Assembly (NCBI GenBank): GCA_963667015.2 | Contig: CAXXJJ010000001.1 | Span: 1,472,001 to 1,536,000 of the forward strand | DNA from: Desulfatiglandales bacterium | GTDB lineage: Bacteria; Desulfobacterota; DSM-4660; Desulfatiglandales; HGW-15 | Direction: 5' to 3' | Length of the DNA stretch: 64,000 nucleotides | Part shown: positions 1 to 10,033 of the stretch, in pieces | Position numbering within the stretch: the stretch's first letter is position 1 | How the letters are laid out: each line of letters begins with the position of its first letter | The notes under the pieces: generated by a model | What the model was told of the DNA's origin: nothing | The model's database searches: none | What the model saw: the letters and a program-made list of their open reading frames with translations, nothing else | Position numbers and translations under genes: made by a program

Positions 1-1
1 T

Positions 2-310
2 CTTGCAGCATCAACGATTTTTGTCCAGAACCGGAAGAGCGAATACCTGCTGAGAGAGATTAAGGATCTTTATCGATTATATTTCGGCAGGCCGGGAATT
101 TCGGTCTTTGCGGCGTCATCACTGGTTATTCTATTAAGTCTCAAAGAGTATCTGCGGTGCCGGATTTCAGGTGATACAAGAAACCCGAAAACATCATGTC
201 TTGTTTATAATGAAAATAAAATAAGCCCTGATCCATCTGACAGGAAAAAAGAAATAGCCGGTGCACCTTCAAAAATACTGCATGGAGCTTCGGGACAGGC
301 AGGTCAGTAA
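2..310 (+). CDS. 3' end of a B12-binding radical SAM protein (paralog of 3866-5537), truncated by the window start
   Basis: Not in the ORF track. Frame 2 reads LAASTIFVQNRKSEYLLREIKDLYRLYFGR...LKEYLRCRISGDTRNPKTS...GQ* (TAA 308-310), aligning with LPASTLFVQNRQSEILLKEIKKSYRSLFGR...VKEYLRCRIFGDLRVPKTS at 5187-5537. Confidence 0.8.
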   Translation, partial: LAASTIFVQNRKSEYLLREIKDLYRLYFGRPGISVFAASSLVILLSLKEYLRCRISGDTRNPKTSCLVYNENKISPDPSDRKKEIAGAPSKILHGASGQAGQ

Positions 311-384
311 TATAAAAAGGGCCGGTGGTATTCTTCTTGATAATATTAAAAACCTGCATGGTTAATGTTCAGTAAAAATGTCTT

Positions 385-630
385 CTACCGTTCGCACACA
401 AGTGTTCTTAGCTTGTCAGAAAAAAGTACATCTATTTTTTTATAATCACTGTCGATTACCACACCTTGTCCAAATGTGTCATGATCAATAATATCATCCT
501 TCTTAAAGGACCCGCTCATTTTATAATGCAAAGGTGTTTTTTCTTTTAATTTATCAATAAGCTTTTGAAGTTTTTTTGCCGGATCCATGGGTTTTCTGGT
601 TTTTACAGTTGTTTTGATCTCTTTTTTCAT
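385..630 (-). CDS. Small hypothetical protein with SH3-like C-terminus (HxxFGxGxV)
   Basis: Motif YKMSGSFKKDDIIDHDTFGQGVV; probable ATG at 630 with GGAGAG upstream (ORF track extends to 663). Confidence 0.7.
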   Translation of the reverse strand: MKKEIKTTVKTRKPMDPAKKLQKLIDKLKEKTPLHYKMSGSFKKDDIIDHDTFGQGVVIDSDYKKIDVLFSDKLRTLVCER

Positions 631-1042
631 TGTTCTCTCCGGATTTAATAAGGTTAACGCCAATAATTATTTGTATGAAAATCCTATCTTCCATGGATAA
701 AAAGAAGATAAAGATATTCAAATCTCAGCCGGAAGAAATGGAAGTAATTATTATTGAATGGCAATAAACAGGTTGGTGTGGGTCAGGGTATGCCTTCCTA
801 ATATCCCTTTAATTCCAGTTGTATGAAATTGATCAATCAATTAAAAATAAGTGCAATATTATTTAATATTGTTTAATAAATATTATATGCATCAAAATAG
901 ACATAAATTGATTATAAATATAATTTTAGTTAAATATTGCATGTGAGTCAAGTTTTTAATTTTTTAAAATAAACTTTAATTTTAAATTGTCTAAAATAAG
1001 TAAAAGATAATAAATAAAAATAAATTTAATTAATGAAATATC

Positions 1043-1071
1043 TTGATTTATCTTATGATGTGAGATATATT
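1043..1071 (+). promoter_or_regulatory. Putative sigma70 promoter of csp copy 1, preceded by a very AT-rich tract
   Basis: TATCTTGATTTA (-35 TTGATT) is shared with the csp2 upstream region; -10-like TATATT at 17 nt spacing. Confidence 0.55.
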
Positions 1072-1104
1072 ACGCAAATCAATAGTGGTCCTGTTTTATT
1101 TTGG

Positions 1105-1191
1105 GCCTGTTTCGTTCATAGGGTAGGACTGTGAAAAGTGGCATCCTTTGTATAGAAACTTGAAATTTATTTTCGGAAGGAGGGTGTCATT
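1105..1191 (+). promoter_or_regulatory. Structured csp1 5' leader with anti-SD stem (thermosensor candidate)
   Basis: AGTGGCATCCTT (1137-1148) pairs with GAGGGTGTCATT (1180-1191) using G-U pairs; homologous to 3201-3287. Confidence 0.65.
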
Positions 1192-1392
1192 ATGAAAAAT
1201 GGTACAGTTAAATGGTTTAATGATCAAAAAGGCTTTGGTTTTATCGGTCAGGAAAATGGTCCGGATGTATTTGTACATCACTCAGGGATAGCATCTGATG
1301 GATTCAAAAGTCTTGATGAAGGTGCAGAAGTCGTTTTTGAAATAGAAGACGGTCCAAAAGGCCCATCTGCTAAAAATGTAAAATTGATCTAA
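1192..1392 (+). CDS. csp: Cold-shock protein (CspA family)
   Basis: [15 protein letters not shown] (RNP1), DVFVHHS (RNP2), 66 aa, strong RBS. Confidence 0.97.
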   Translation: MKNGTVKWFNDQKGFGFIGQENGPDVFVHHSGIASDGFKSLDEGAEVVFEIEDGPKGPSAKNVKLI

Positions 1393-1414
1393 GTTCTCTT
1401 TATACTTGAAACTA

Positions 1415-1453
1415 AAGGGCGTTCCATAATGCAAATGAGACGCCCTTTTTTTT
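1415..1453 (+). terminator. Rho-independent terminator after csp1
   Basis: AAGGGCGTTCCAT...ATGAGACGCCCTT stem followed by a T-run. Confidence 0.8.
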
Positions 1454-1507
1454 GAGAATAATATGAAGCCGGATCAGCTTAAAGTAAAATGAGAAAGGAG
1501 GAAATCC

Positions 1508-1696
1508 ATGAGTTATATAAATTATCGCAAAAAAGTAGCCACATGTGAGATTTGTGATGAAACTATATATGAAGGACAGGGTAACGTAACCATGATGGGT
1601 TTTAACGGAAATCATTCTGTTCATGTTATACATGTACAGGATGATTGCGAATTATATCGTATCTGGCGTAACAATCTTATGCAAAAATCCGCATAA
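1508..1696 (+). CDS. Small putative Zn-binding protein (62 aa)
   Basis: RBS AAAGGAGG; CEIC plus later H/C residues. Confidence 0.6.
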   Translation: MSYINYRKKVATCEICDETIYEGQGNVTMMGFNGNHSVHVIHVQDDCELYRIWRNNLMQKSA

Positions 1697-1796
1697 TTTT
1701 CTTTTTGTTTTGCTGGGGGCCTTGAAGCCTCTGGCCGGTTCCTGCAGTATTTTTCCATCGAATATAAAAATCTTATATCTTTTTAAGGCTTCAAAT

Positions 1797-2471
1797 TTAA
1801 TCTGCAATATACTGGTGTGATTCTCTGTTGTAACGTAAAATCTGTCCCCGAAAGGGCTGTATCAGATATTCTGTGTTATCAGGCCTGCTCTGACTGTGGG
1901 AATAACCCAGTTTTACCATTATCTTACTGAACTGAGCATGGTTTCCCCGTCCCGGGTCAACCAGTACTACTTCACAGGAGGCCTTTGCATGCTGATCGAT
2001 AAAGCCGGATAAGATTGTCGCATGGTTTCTTTCATACAGGAGATCACTTCCGATAATGAGATCAAACATGCCCAGAAAACTGTCTTCATCTTCCCAGCCG
2101 GTTCGTATGAATGGAATCCTGTTCCCGTGATTGAGTTTTGTATTTTCTACGAGAAAACTCCCTGCTTCAGGATGGTAATCTGTAGCAGTAATATCAGCAA
2201 GGCGGTTATTTAATAGTAAACTGGCCAGGCCGATTCCACAGCCTACTTCAAGTATCCTTTTTCCGAAGATATCAAAATCATATATGAAATGGGCCAGAAC
2301 CAGGCTCGAATCCCAGATAACTCCAAAAAAGGGCCATGTGGCTGATGAAATCCCCAGCTTTTCAGCCGCACCGTCATCATCACAGTATTGCTGATTATCT
2401 CGCAGGGTTCTTACATGAATATCTGTATTCTCAAACTCAATGGTCTGATAGCGTACTCGTAATGGCGGCAT
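1797..2471 (-). CDS. Class I SAM-dependent methyltransferase (METTL21/Methyltransf_16-like)
   Basis: WPFFGVIWDS, ILEVGCGIGL (motif I), ATDY, IIGSDLLYE, VDPGR. Confidence 0.9.
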   Translation of the reverse strand: MPPLRVRYQTIEFENTDIHVRTLRDNQQYCDDDGAAEKLGISSATWPFFGVIWDSSLVLAHFIYDFDIFGKRILEVGCGIGLASLLLNNRLADITATDYHPEAGSFLVENTKLNHGNRIPFIRTGWEDEDSFLGMFDLIIGSDLLYERNHATILSGFIDQHAKASCEVVLVDPGRGNHAQFSKIMVKLGYSHSQSRPDNTEYLIQPFRGQILRYNRESHQYIAD

Positions 2472-2616
2472 TTTGTTAACTCTCTTGTTCCTTAATTAAT
2501 TTCAGGGAAGGGTTTTAGATGATTCCGGATAACTGATCTGTTTCCTCATAAGTTTATGATTGTTCAGACCGCTGAAAGCTTCATTTATAAATTTTCTCTT
2601 GACCGATGAATACCGC

Positions 2617-2781
2617 TTAATTTTCATCCAGATTTCCGGTTCTGCCGTCATCACATGGTTCATCCTTATCATGTGCCCTTGAATGTTCCGGATCAGGTGC
2701 TTTCATGCAAAAGGGTAAGTTTTTTTCGGTTTCTTCTACTTTAACCTTTTTTCCAGGTTTCTTGGATTTTTTGCTGTCCAT
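2617..2781 (-). CDS. Small hypothetical protein
   Basis: ATG 2781 preceded by AAGGAG; C-terminal FCMKAPDPEHSR...EPCDDGR. Confidence 0.6.
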   Translation of the reverse strand: MDSKKSKKPGKKVKVEETEKNLPFCMKAPDPEHSRAHDKDEPCDDGRTGNLDEN

Positions 2782-3200
2782 GATTCTCTCCTTCTTCTTA
2801 TGTCTCCAAGGTAAGTCTCTATTCTCTGATAGCAAATTATATTATTTTCTGGTGGCTGTATAAGGTATTTGAGGGTACAGGTTATGTCTAAATTGTTGAG
2901 CGGCATTCCTCTTCATTTCGAGGTGGCCGCTCAAAGCTTCACGTTAATTTTTTTGATGGTTTAAGGAGTTAATGGTTAAATTAAAAGTTAATAGAGTGTA
3001 AAAATAATAATAAAAATATATTTGAACTAAAAAAAATATTTATGACATAAAATAATTATAATTAACAATTTTAAGTTAAAAATTAAATATGTTATATAAA
3101 AAATAAAAAGTAATATTAATTTTTATTAAAAAAATATCTTGATTTACTATTTTAGTTAAGTTAATCTATTTTTTATCAAAAAAGGTCTGTAACATTACAT

Positions 3201-3287
3201 GCCTGTTTCGTTCAGAAGGAATAGGCTTTTAAAGTGACATCCTTTTTATAGCAACTTGAAATTTAATTTTAGAAGGAGGATGTCACT
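3201..3287 (+). promoter_or_regulatory. Structured csp2 5' leader with anti-SD stem
   Basis: Perfect 11-bp stem AGTGACATCCT (3233-3243) / AGGATGTCACT (3277-3287) ending at the ATG; 5' hairpin GCCTGTTTC/GGAATAGGC. Confidence 0.7.
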
Positions 3288-3488
3288 ATGAGTAGTGGTA
3301 TTGTAAAATGGTTTAATGACAGAAAAGGTTTTGGTTTTATCGAACAGGATGATGGAACTGATGTATTTGTTCATCATTCGGGTATTGCATCTGACGGGTT
3401 CAAGAGCCTGGAGGAAGGTGCTCGTGTAACGTTTGATGTTGAAAATGGTCCAAAAGGTCTGTCAGCAAAAAATGTAAAATCGTTCTAA
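3288..3488 (+). CDS. csp: Cold-shock protein (CspA family), second copy
   Basis: [24 protein letters not shown]; highly similar to csp1. Confidence 0.97.
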   Translation: MSSGIVKWFNDRKGFGFIEQDDGTDVFVHHSGIASDGFKSLEEGARVTFDVENGPKGLSAKNVKSF

Positions 3489-3510
3489 GATCTCTGCATC
3501 TTTGATGATA

Positions 3511-3550
3511 ATGGGCGTTTCATATAATATATGAAACGCCCATTTTTTTT
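3511..3550 (+). terminator. Rho-independent terminator after csp2
   Basis: ATGGGCGTTTCATAT / ATATGAAACGCCCAT stem followed by a T-run. Confidence 0.85.
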
Positions 3551-3677
3551 GCAGGTGGCATTCAATCCTCTGGCCGCTCCCAGCAGTTCTTATCCGATTA
3601 AATCGAAGTTTCATTTTTTTCCTGTGGACACTAACTAACCATAATTGGATAAAACCTTCACGGATCATTATCTCCAT

Positions 3678-3750
3678 CCTCCACGCCGTTTCCTATGAAT
3701 GGAATGGTATTCCCGTGATTGAGTTTTGTATGTTCCATGAAAAACTCTGC
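3678..3750 (-). pseudogene. Internal fragment of the 1797-2471 methyltransferase gene
   Basis: TATGAATGGAAT...TTCCCGTGATTGAGTTTTGTAT...GAAAAACTC closely matches 2106-2160. Confidence 0.7.
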
Positions 3751-3865
3751 AGGCAGGTTTTACATTAGTTTTACAAAACAATCCTTTATTCTGTTGTATA
3801 ATACCAATTATACAAGGGAAGAATTTTATCTATAAACAACAAATAAGAAAGTGCATGGAGATTTC

Positions 3866-5537
3866 ATGAAATTATTACTAACTTCTGTTTTTGGTCCATA
3901 TGGGGTTGATGATGAATATGGCGAAAAAGAAAACAAGATGGAGCTATTTCACAATCAGGTGACCAGGGAACAGGGAATCTTTTCCTACAGGTTCAATCAT
4001 GGAAGTCAGGGGCTTTATTTTCTGGCTGAAAATGTTGATATGCCAACAGCAATACTGGATTTTCCAACCTTTAAGCGTTTTAAACAGGAACTGAAAAAGG
4101 GATATGATTACATCGGAATCAGTTTTATTATCCCCAATTTTAAAAAAGCAAAGGCAATGGCAGAGGCGATTCGTGAATTGTCGCCCGGGACAAAGATTAT
4201 TCTGGGCGGACATGGAGTTAATATCCCTGACATCGATTCACTGATTGATTATGATTACCTCTGTAAAGGTGAAGGAGTTTATTTTTTACGAAAGCTTTTC
4301 GGGGAAAAGGTGGATAAACCTATCAAACACCCTCTCCAGTACAGTTCTTTCAACAGGCAGGTAATGGGTACGCCCTGGGCCTCCGATTCGGGAATACTTA
4401 TTACTGGCGTGGGCTGTCCCAATAAATGCCGCTTCTGTGCCACATCACATTTCTTTGATGGCTATATCCCCTACCTGAAAACCGGAAAGGAGATTTTTGA
4501 TGTCTGCTGCCGGTATGAAGATGAAATGAATATAACGGAATTCGGGGTACTTGATGAAAATTTTTTAAAGAGTAAGGACCGGGCCCTGGAACTCCTCGAA
4601 CTGATGGAAAAGTATAATCGCCAGTTTAACTTCGCCATCTTCAGTTCTGCGGAAACACTGAAGGAAATAGGCGATCTGGATATCCTTGTACGCATGGGTA
4701 TAACATTTATCTGGATTGGTGTTGAATCAAAAAAAGAGCTCTACGCAAAGAACAAGGGTACAGATTTTCAGGATCTTTTCTCTGAATTAAAGAAAAGGGG
4801 TATCAGTGTTCTGGCGTCATTGATAATGTTTTTTGAGGATCATGATAAAAAAAACATCTGGGAAGATGTGGACTTTGTGACCTCCCTGAACCCCGATTAC
4901 CTGCAATTTTCGCCCCTCGGCCCTATCCCGGGGACCCAGTTGTATGATGATTATGATAAACAGGATAAGCTGATCAGGGATGTCCCCTACGCGGCCCAGC
5001 ATGGGCAGGGAAAGATATGGTTTAATCATGACAACTTTAAAAGGGATGAAACTGATACCCTGTTGCGGCTTGCATTTGAGATAGACTACAACCGGAACGG
5101 CGCTTCAATGCTACGTGCAATTGAAACAACTCTGAAGTGGTTATCAGTACTGCAAAGAACATACGGATAGAAGAATTGTAAGCCGAGTGAAAAATTTTGA
5201 AAAGAGACTTAATATGATGAGATATTTTCTGCCGGCATCGACCCTCTTCGTGCAGAACAGGCAGAGTGAAATCCTGTTGAAGGAAATAAAAAAGTCGTAC
5301 CGTTCCCTGTTCGGAAGGATGGGCGCTGTTTCCGGGGCAGCTTCTTTGCTGGTTCTATTCTTCAGCGTCAAAGAATATCTGCGATGCAGAATATTCGGGG
5401 ATCTCAGGGTGCCTAAAACATCATACCTGCCGTTGAGCAGGGCCCTGAGACGTGAAGAAAAACTGGTCAAATCCTCAAACATCCTGAAGGATGCGCTGGA
5501 AGTCCCCTGTAAATTATCCAAACCAACAGAGGTATAA
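3866..5537 (+). pseudogene. B12-binding radical SAM protein split by a +1 frameshift near 5138 (or a sequencing error)
   Basis: Cobalamin-binding KIILGGHG; CPNKCRFC motif. Removing one base gives LK-GYQYCKEHTDRRIVSRVKNF, continuing into 5187-5537, which is homologous to the ORF end at 2-310. Confidence 0.8.
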
Positions 5538-5594
5538 CCGGCTTTGTTGACTCAGCGTATAATTTTTCCCTTATTTAAAACCGGATTCCCATGC

Positions 5595-5628
5595 AAAAAC
5601 CTCCCATTGCGGGAGGGGCAATGTTTTT
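5595..5628. terminator. Hairpin between convergent genes (possible bidirectional terminator)
   Basis: AAAAAC-CTCCCATTGCGGGAG-GGGCAATG-TTTTT. Confidence 0.5.
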
Positions 5629-5857
5629 ACTCCCGGCCGCCCAGGGTCCATATCTCACGCCCGGTCTTCAGGATCTTCCTGTTGATCTTCGCATCGTAAA
5701 CCCCCTCGGCCTCAGCGATTGAGAGCAGCTCATTGACGTCATCAGGACTTCCGTCGCAGTACCCGATGGGACGGGGGTTGTCGGGTTGATTGAGTTGAAC
5801 CTTTAACTCGCCGCGGTCCCAGCGTTTCTGTGTAGAATTGTCATATGGATGAATCAT
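5627..5857 (-). CDS. Hypothetical protein (76 aa)
   Basis: Clean ORF with higher-GC coding-like composition; no recognised motif. Confidence 0.65.
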   Translation of the reverse strand: MIHPYDNSTQKRWDRGELKVQLNQPDNPRPIGYCDGSPDDVNELLSIAEAEGVYDAKINRKILKTGREIWTLGGRE

Positions 5858-6072
5858 ATGGTTGAAGTATCCTTTGTTAAAAAGGTGGAAGGTTCTCTGA
5901 ATTGTAAGTGATCAATAAACCGCATTTTCTTACAGGATATAAAAATATGTCAACATTACTCTATGCACAATGTTCTGCGAATCTTATAGCCGTAGCGGTT
6001 CAGGTATGCAATAATAAAAAAATTAAATGGATTTCGGACAGGAAATTAAATTAATGCAGAATTCATTACATC

Positions 6073-6645
6073 ATGCATGACATGATACTGACTATACTGG
6101 CAACCATCTCTATTTTTGTGGCCGCCTATATACTCCTGATTCCTGTAGTTATCACTTTTAGTCTGGACAGCTCATTATCAAGAAATTTACGGATTGAAAT
6201 CTTTCCATTTAAACTAAGAATCGAAAAATTAAGAAAAACAGTAGAATTGAAAAAAATTGATTTTGCTTTTCTGCTGTTGAGTGAATATGCCGCTGTAAAA
6301 CAGATTTTATATTTTTGTTTCAGGTTTATTAAAACATTAACAGTATCAAAACATCATTATATATATATGTCCCTTAAAGGTGGGTTCGGCTCACCTGACA
6401 TAACGGGTGTAGTATTAGGCGCAATTGAAACAGTCAGACCGGCTTTCGGAAAAAACACCAGGATTGTATATTATCCCGATATGATATCCCCGTCCATAAA
6501 CGTCAAATTAAATGCTCAATCAAAGATTTGTATTTACTACCTGTTGCTGGAAACGCTGCCTTTAATATTCAGATTGCCGGTGTTAAAAATTGTAAGAATA
6601 TTCATAAAAATTAAAAAAGGAGAATATGATGTCCGCACAACTTAA
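6073..6645 (+). CDS. DUF2953 (YtfI-like) membrane-anchored protein
   Basis: N-terminal TM; GGFGSPDITGVVLG motif; overlaps the following ytfJ-like gene. Confidence 0.7.
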   Translation: MHDMILTILATISIFVAAYILLIPVVITFSLDSSLSRNLRIEIFPFKLRIEKLRKTVELKKIDFAFLLLSEYAAVKQILYFCFRFIKTLTVSKHHYIYMSLKGGFGSPDITGVVLGAIETVRPAFGKNTRIVYYPDMISPSINVKLNAQSKICIYYLLLETLPLIFRLPVLKIVRIFIKIKKGEYDVRTT

Positions 6646-7006
6646 AGAAACCCTTTCTTCAATAATAACGGAACTCAAGGAAATAGCATCTACAAAAACC
6701 GTGGTTGGAGAGCCAATAGCCCTTGGCAGCAAGATGGTGGTGCCTGTGTCACGAATAATGGTAGGATTTGGTGTTGGTGGAGGAGAGGGCGAAGAGAACG
6801 ACAAGCGGGGCGGTTTTGCCGGCGGCGGTGCAGGCGGGGCAAGGATAGAGCCGATGGGATTTATTTTAATTGATGAAGATAAAATCTCCTTCCTGCCAAC
6901 TAAACCCGGCAGATTTGAAGGGATGATTGATTCTATCCCCGGAATTGTCGAAAAATTCAGGCGCACAAAACCTGATAAAAAAGAAACTGGCAAAGAGAAT
7001 AAATAG
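6626..7006 (+). CDS. ytfJ: GerW/YtfJ family protein
   Basis: KTVVGEPI, VPVSRIMVGFGVGGG, GGGAGGARIEPMGFI; RBS AAGGAG. Confidence 0.9.
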   Translation: MMSAQLKETLSSIITELKEIASTKTVVGEPIALGSKMVVPVSRIMVGFGVGGGEGEENDKRGGFAGGGAGGARIEPMGFILIDEDKISFLPTKPGRFEGMIDSIPGIVEKFRRTKPDKKETGKENK

Positions 7007-7152
7007 TAACCGGCGTCCATCCGGAAAGCGGAAAGAGGGTTGCCTGTGCTTTTATGCATTTATAATTTACTTGCCACCTGTTTTTTCATAGGCCTGTTGT
7101 AAAAAAATAAAAGCATTACCGGATCGGCCAAACAGCTTTTACAGCTGCTGCA

Positions 7153-9024
7153 TTAGCGTCTAATTTTGATGATAGGATTTTTATCCATCCTGTCCAGGAT
7201 TTCCAGTAATCTGGTTTTCCGGATATGCCTGTTTTTTAACCCCTGTATATAGTTATCCCATGTGTCCTGTCTTTTTATTTCATGCATAACCTTTTTTGCC
7301 TTTTTGAGATATATGACTGCAGCTTCATATGCGCTTGGTTTTACCCTGTTTATTAAACTCTCTGCTGCGGCCTGCCACATTTCCACAGCCCTTTCGGGTG
7401 AATATGACTTTATTGCATCGGCAATTTCATCGGTATTGATTCCAAACCTCCAGTGCCTTTCGGCAATACCCCTGTCATACCAGAGTAATACCTTCTCTGG
7501 ATCTTTTTCAAAAATATATATAGAGATAAGTTCTCTTATCATCGGGTATTCACTGCCTGTTCTTGTCCCGGAAAATTCAATGTCCGGTTGAGGCAACGGC
7601 CAGTTATTCTGTTCCCATGGCAGCTTTCCGGTTTCATGATAATTTAAAATACTGGCTTTTACTTTTTCCCACGCTTTAGTTTTTTTCGAGGCATTTTTAC
7701 ATATCTGATAAGCCTGTATGGAAGGGAAATAAACATACTCATATACCCGTAAAGCGGCAACTGATTCAGGATTTTTCTGTTTAGTACGTATATCAAGAAG
7801 CTGCCCCCTGAGATCCGATGCTATTCCCGGCCACTGGTCTTTTGTGTGACTTATTCCTTTATGTATCCATTTTTCCGCTTCATCATACTGTCTGTTATTA
7901 ATGAGTATATTAACCAGACGGCTGTAGCTCGCTGTTATAGATGCTTCCTTTTCGCACAATGGTAAAATTTCTTTATCTCTGTCTGACCTTTCGAGGGCAG
8001 TAATAGCCCAGTCGCTTATCAGGTCTCTTTTATAACGGCTGAGTCCCAGCTCAGTGCTGTTATCAGGAAAATTCCCCAGCCTGGCAAGGAGGGTATCTGC
8101 TATTTCACTCCACACATCAGCAGGATGACCGGATTCAATATACTCGTAAAAAGGTTCAAACAGCCTGTACTCATCATCTATTATCGAGTTCACCGCAAAC
8201 TCAAGCTTTGCCAAAGGGGCAAGAGATGACTCTTCCAACGCCCTTATAATAACTGGCATACATTCTTCTATTTCAGCGGCTGTTTCTCCTTCATCATGGC
8301 TTATTTCAACGAGTTCAACCCCTGAAGACATCAATTCCTTTCCAAGTGAAAGGACATCATCAGCATGCCCCTCATCCAGGAGTGTCTTCAGATTTTCACG
8401 GATTTCAGAAAAATCAGGTGTAAAGCCCTGTCCGTCCCAGTGGTTCTGCCAGCCTGGTTCGGCTGTCGCCTCATCTATCTGTTTGTGTATATGTTTGATT
8501 CGGGATTCAATGTTTCCGGCGCTGAAATTCAAACGGTCATGTAAATACCTGTCTACTTCGGGGTATTTTATACAGATCTCACCAATCAGTTCTATAAGAT
8601 CTTCTTTTCGCCGGCCTTTAAAATAATCCTCAATATTTTCGTCCGGTTCATCATCGTCCGGGTTTCCATCAATGAGCCTTAGCCGTTCATCCTTGTTACC
8701 TGTCTCAGGGACCGGTATATTCCTTTTCGCCTGATCAATATACTCCAGAACAGTTGCCACTCCGTGTTTACACTCAAATGTATAGGGGCAGGTACATGTT
8801 GATTCTATGGCCCCGTCTTTTTCAATGCTGACCTTTGTGGCATATTTTTCTGAACCTTCCACCCAGGCTAAAAGGCAGTTGTCCTCTGTTCTGGCCAATC
8901 CTGACACCCTTCCCTGCTTCTGATATCTTTCACCCCTGTCGACTATTCTGGTGCCTGCCCACTCCTCAAGGTCATCCCAGGAAAGGCTCAGGAATTTATC
9001 GGTCTGTTTTTTCTTTTTTGCCAT
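7153..9024 (-). CDS. SWIM zinc-finger domain protein
   Basis: RGERY...V..., CTCPYTFECKH (SWIM motif), helical/TPR-like C-terminus. Confidence 0.88.
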   Translation of the reverse strand: MAKKKKQTDKFLSLSWDDLEEWAGTRIVDRGERYQKQGRVSGLARTEDNCLLAWVEGSEKYATKVSIEKDGAIESTCTCPYTFECKHGVATVLEYIDQAKRNIPVPETGNKDERLRLIDGNPDDDEPDENIEDYFKGRRKEDLIELIGEICIKYPEVDRYLHDRLNFSAGNIESRIKHIHKQIDEATAEPGWQNHWDGQGFTPDFSEIRENLKTLLDEGHADDVLSLGKELMSSGVELVEISHDEGETAAEIEECMPVIIRALEESSLAPLAKLEFAVNSIIDDEYRLFEPFYEYIESGHPADVWSEIADTLLARLGNFPDNSTELGLSRYKRDLISDWAITALERSDRDKEILPLCEKEASITASYSRLVNILINNRQYDEAEKWIHKGISHTKDQWPGIASDLRGQLLDIRTKQKNPESVAALRVYEYVYFPSIQAYQICKNASKKTKAWEKVKASILNYHETGKLPWEQNNWPLPQPDIEFSGTRTGSEYPMIRELISIYIFEKDPEKVLLWYDRGIAERHWRFGINTDEIADAIKSYSPERAVEMWQAAAESLINRVKPSAYEAAVIYLKKAKKVMHEIKRQDTWDNYIQGLKNRHIRKTRLLEILDRMDKNPIIKIRR

Positions 9025-9316
9025 GAATTATCATCTGTGAAATAATGATTCCGTATTTTCTCCAGTTATGATCAATTTTCCTTTAATAAACTAAACCTGA
9101 AAATATTTTCTGATTTATTAATCAAGTGCCTCAATGTGTAAAAAGTAAGAGAATGGGCTAGAAAATATTAGTGATGATATCCCACTTACACTGGAGACCT
9201 GATTACTTGAAAACTAAAATATGGTTTTGAGCAGTGAAAGGAATATTGACAAGCACCTAAAGACTCAGGCATATGATTGCCCATAACATAATTTTTCTCT
9301 TATATGTTCTAAGGGA

Positions 9317-10033
9317 TCAACATAACTTGACCCAAAAATGAAACAATACTATCGAGCCCTTTTGGCGTGAGTTTTCTGAAACAAATTTCGCTGTATTAAG
9401 CCTTATGTATTCCTTTTCAAGTTTATCACTTATTGTCCAGGTAACAGGTGAAAAGATCTTCTTAATAATCAATTCATCAATCCATCTATTAAGTTTACCA
9501 TGCCAGTGTTCAAAATCATTCTCCTGAATATACCCTATTATCGCCCCATAATTCAGTTTGCTGCCATGAATGCCCTGCTTGAATCGTTCGACACCTCCGC
9601 AACTGACATATTTTTCTTTTTCATATCGGCCTATAAGATATTCTTTTTGCCTGTTTACTCCCAGGTTTGCCAGCCTTTTTGCCTCCATCGAAAAAAAGGA
9701 TTCACCATCAGATATTTTTGCGCCTATTGCAATACCTTCTTCATCGGTACTTATTGTGGCGATATCAACCTGTGGGCTGTCACCCCTTTCAGGGTTTTCC
9801 ATATATTCTTTATCAAAATAAAACGGGTAAAAATTACGAACCGCATGGATGGTCAGCATGTAGATTAATTTTTGGGTCAAACCTTTTTCATTTTTTATGT
9901 CCGAATTGATATATTTATCTGAGAAATTGATAAGGACTTCTTCAATACAATTCACTGCTGTCAAAATGGGGGCATCTGGTTCAGGCCCGGTTAAACGTCC
10001 TGATATAATTAGCTTACCAATATCCGCCAGCAT
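9317..10033 (-). CDS. Putative PD-(D/E)xK nuclease, partner of the upstream MTase
   Basis: QVDIATI...FFSMEAKRL, EY...GGVERFK; ATG abuts the MTase stop codon. Confidence 0.65.
   Translation of the reverse strand: MLADIGKLIISGRLTGPEPDAPILTAVNCIEEVLINFSDKYINSDIKNEKGLTQKLIYMLTIHAVRNFYPFYFDKEYMENPERGDSPQVDIATISTDEEGIAIGAKISDGESFFSMEAKRLANLGVNRQKEYLIGRYEKEKYVSCGGVERFKQGIHGSKLNYGAIIGYIQENDFEHWHGKLNRWIDELIIKKIFSPVTWTISDKLEKEYIRLNTAKFVSENSRQKGSIVLFHFWVKLC

Noticed and set aside
830..1080. Replication origin suggested by extreme AT content (also 2940-3180)
   Set aside because: No DnaA-box or iteron clusters seen; both tracts sit upstream of csp promoters, consistent with regulatory DNA
6073..7006. 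Evidence of sporulation from the ytfI/ytfJ-like pair
   Set aside because: The GerW/YtfJ family also occurs in non-sporulating prokaryotes, and no other sporulation genes are present
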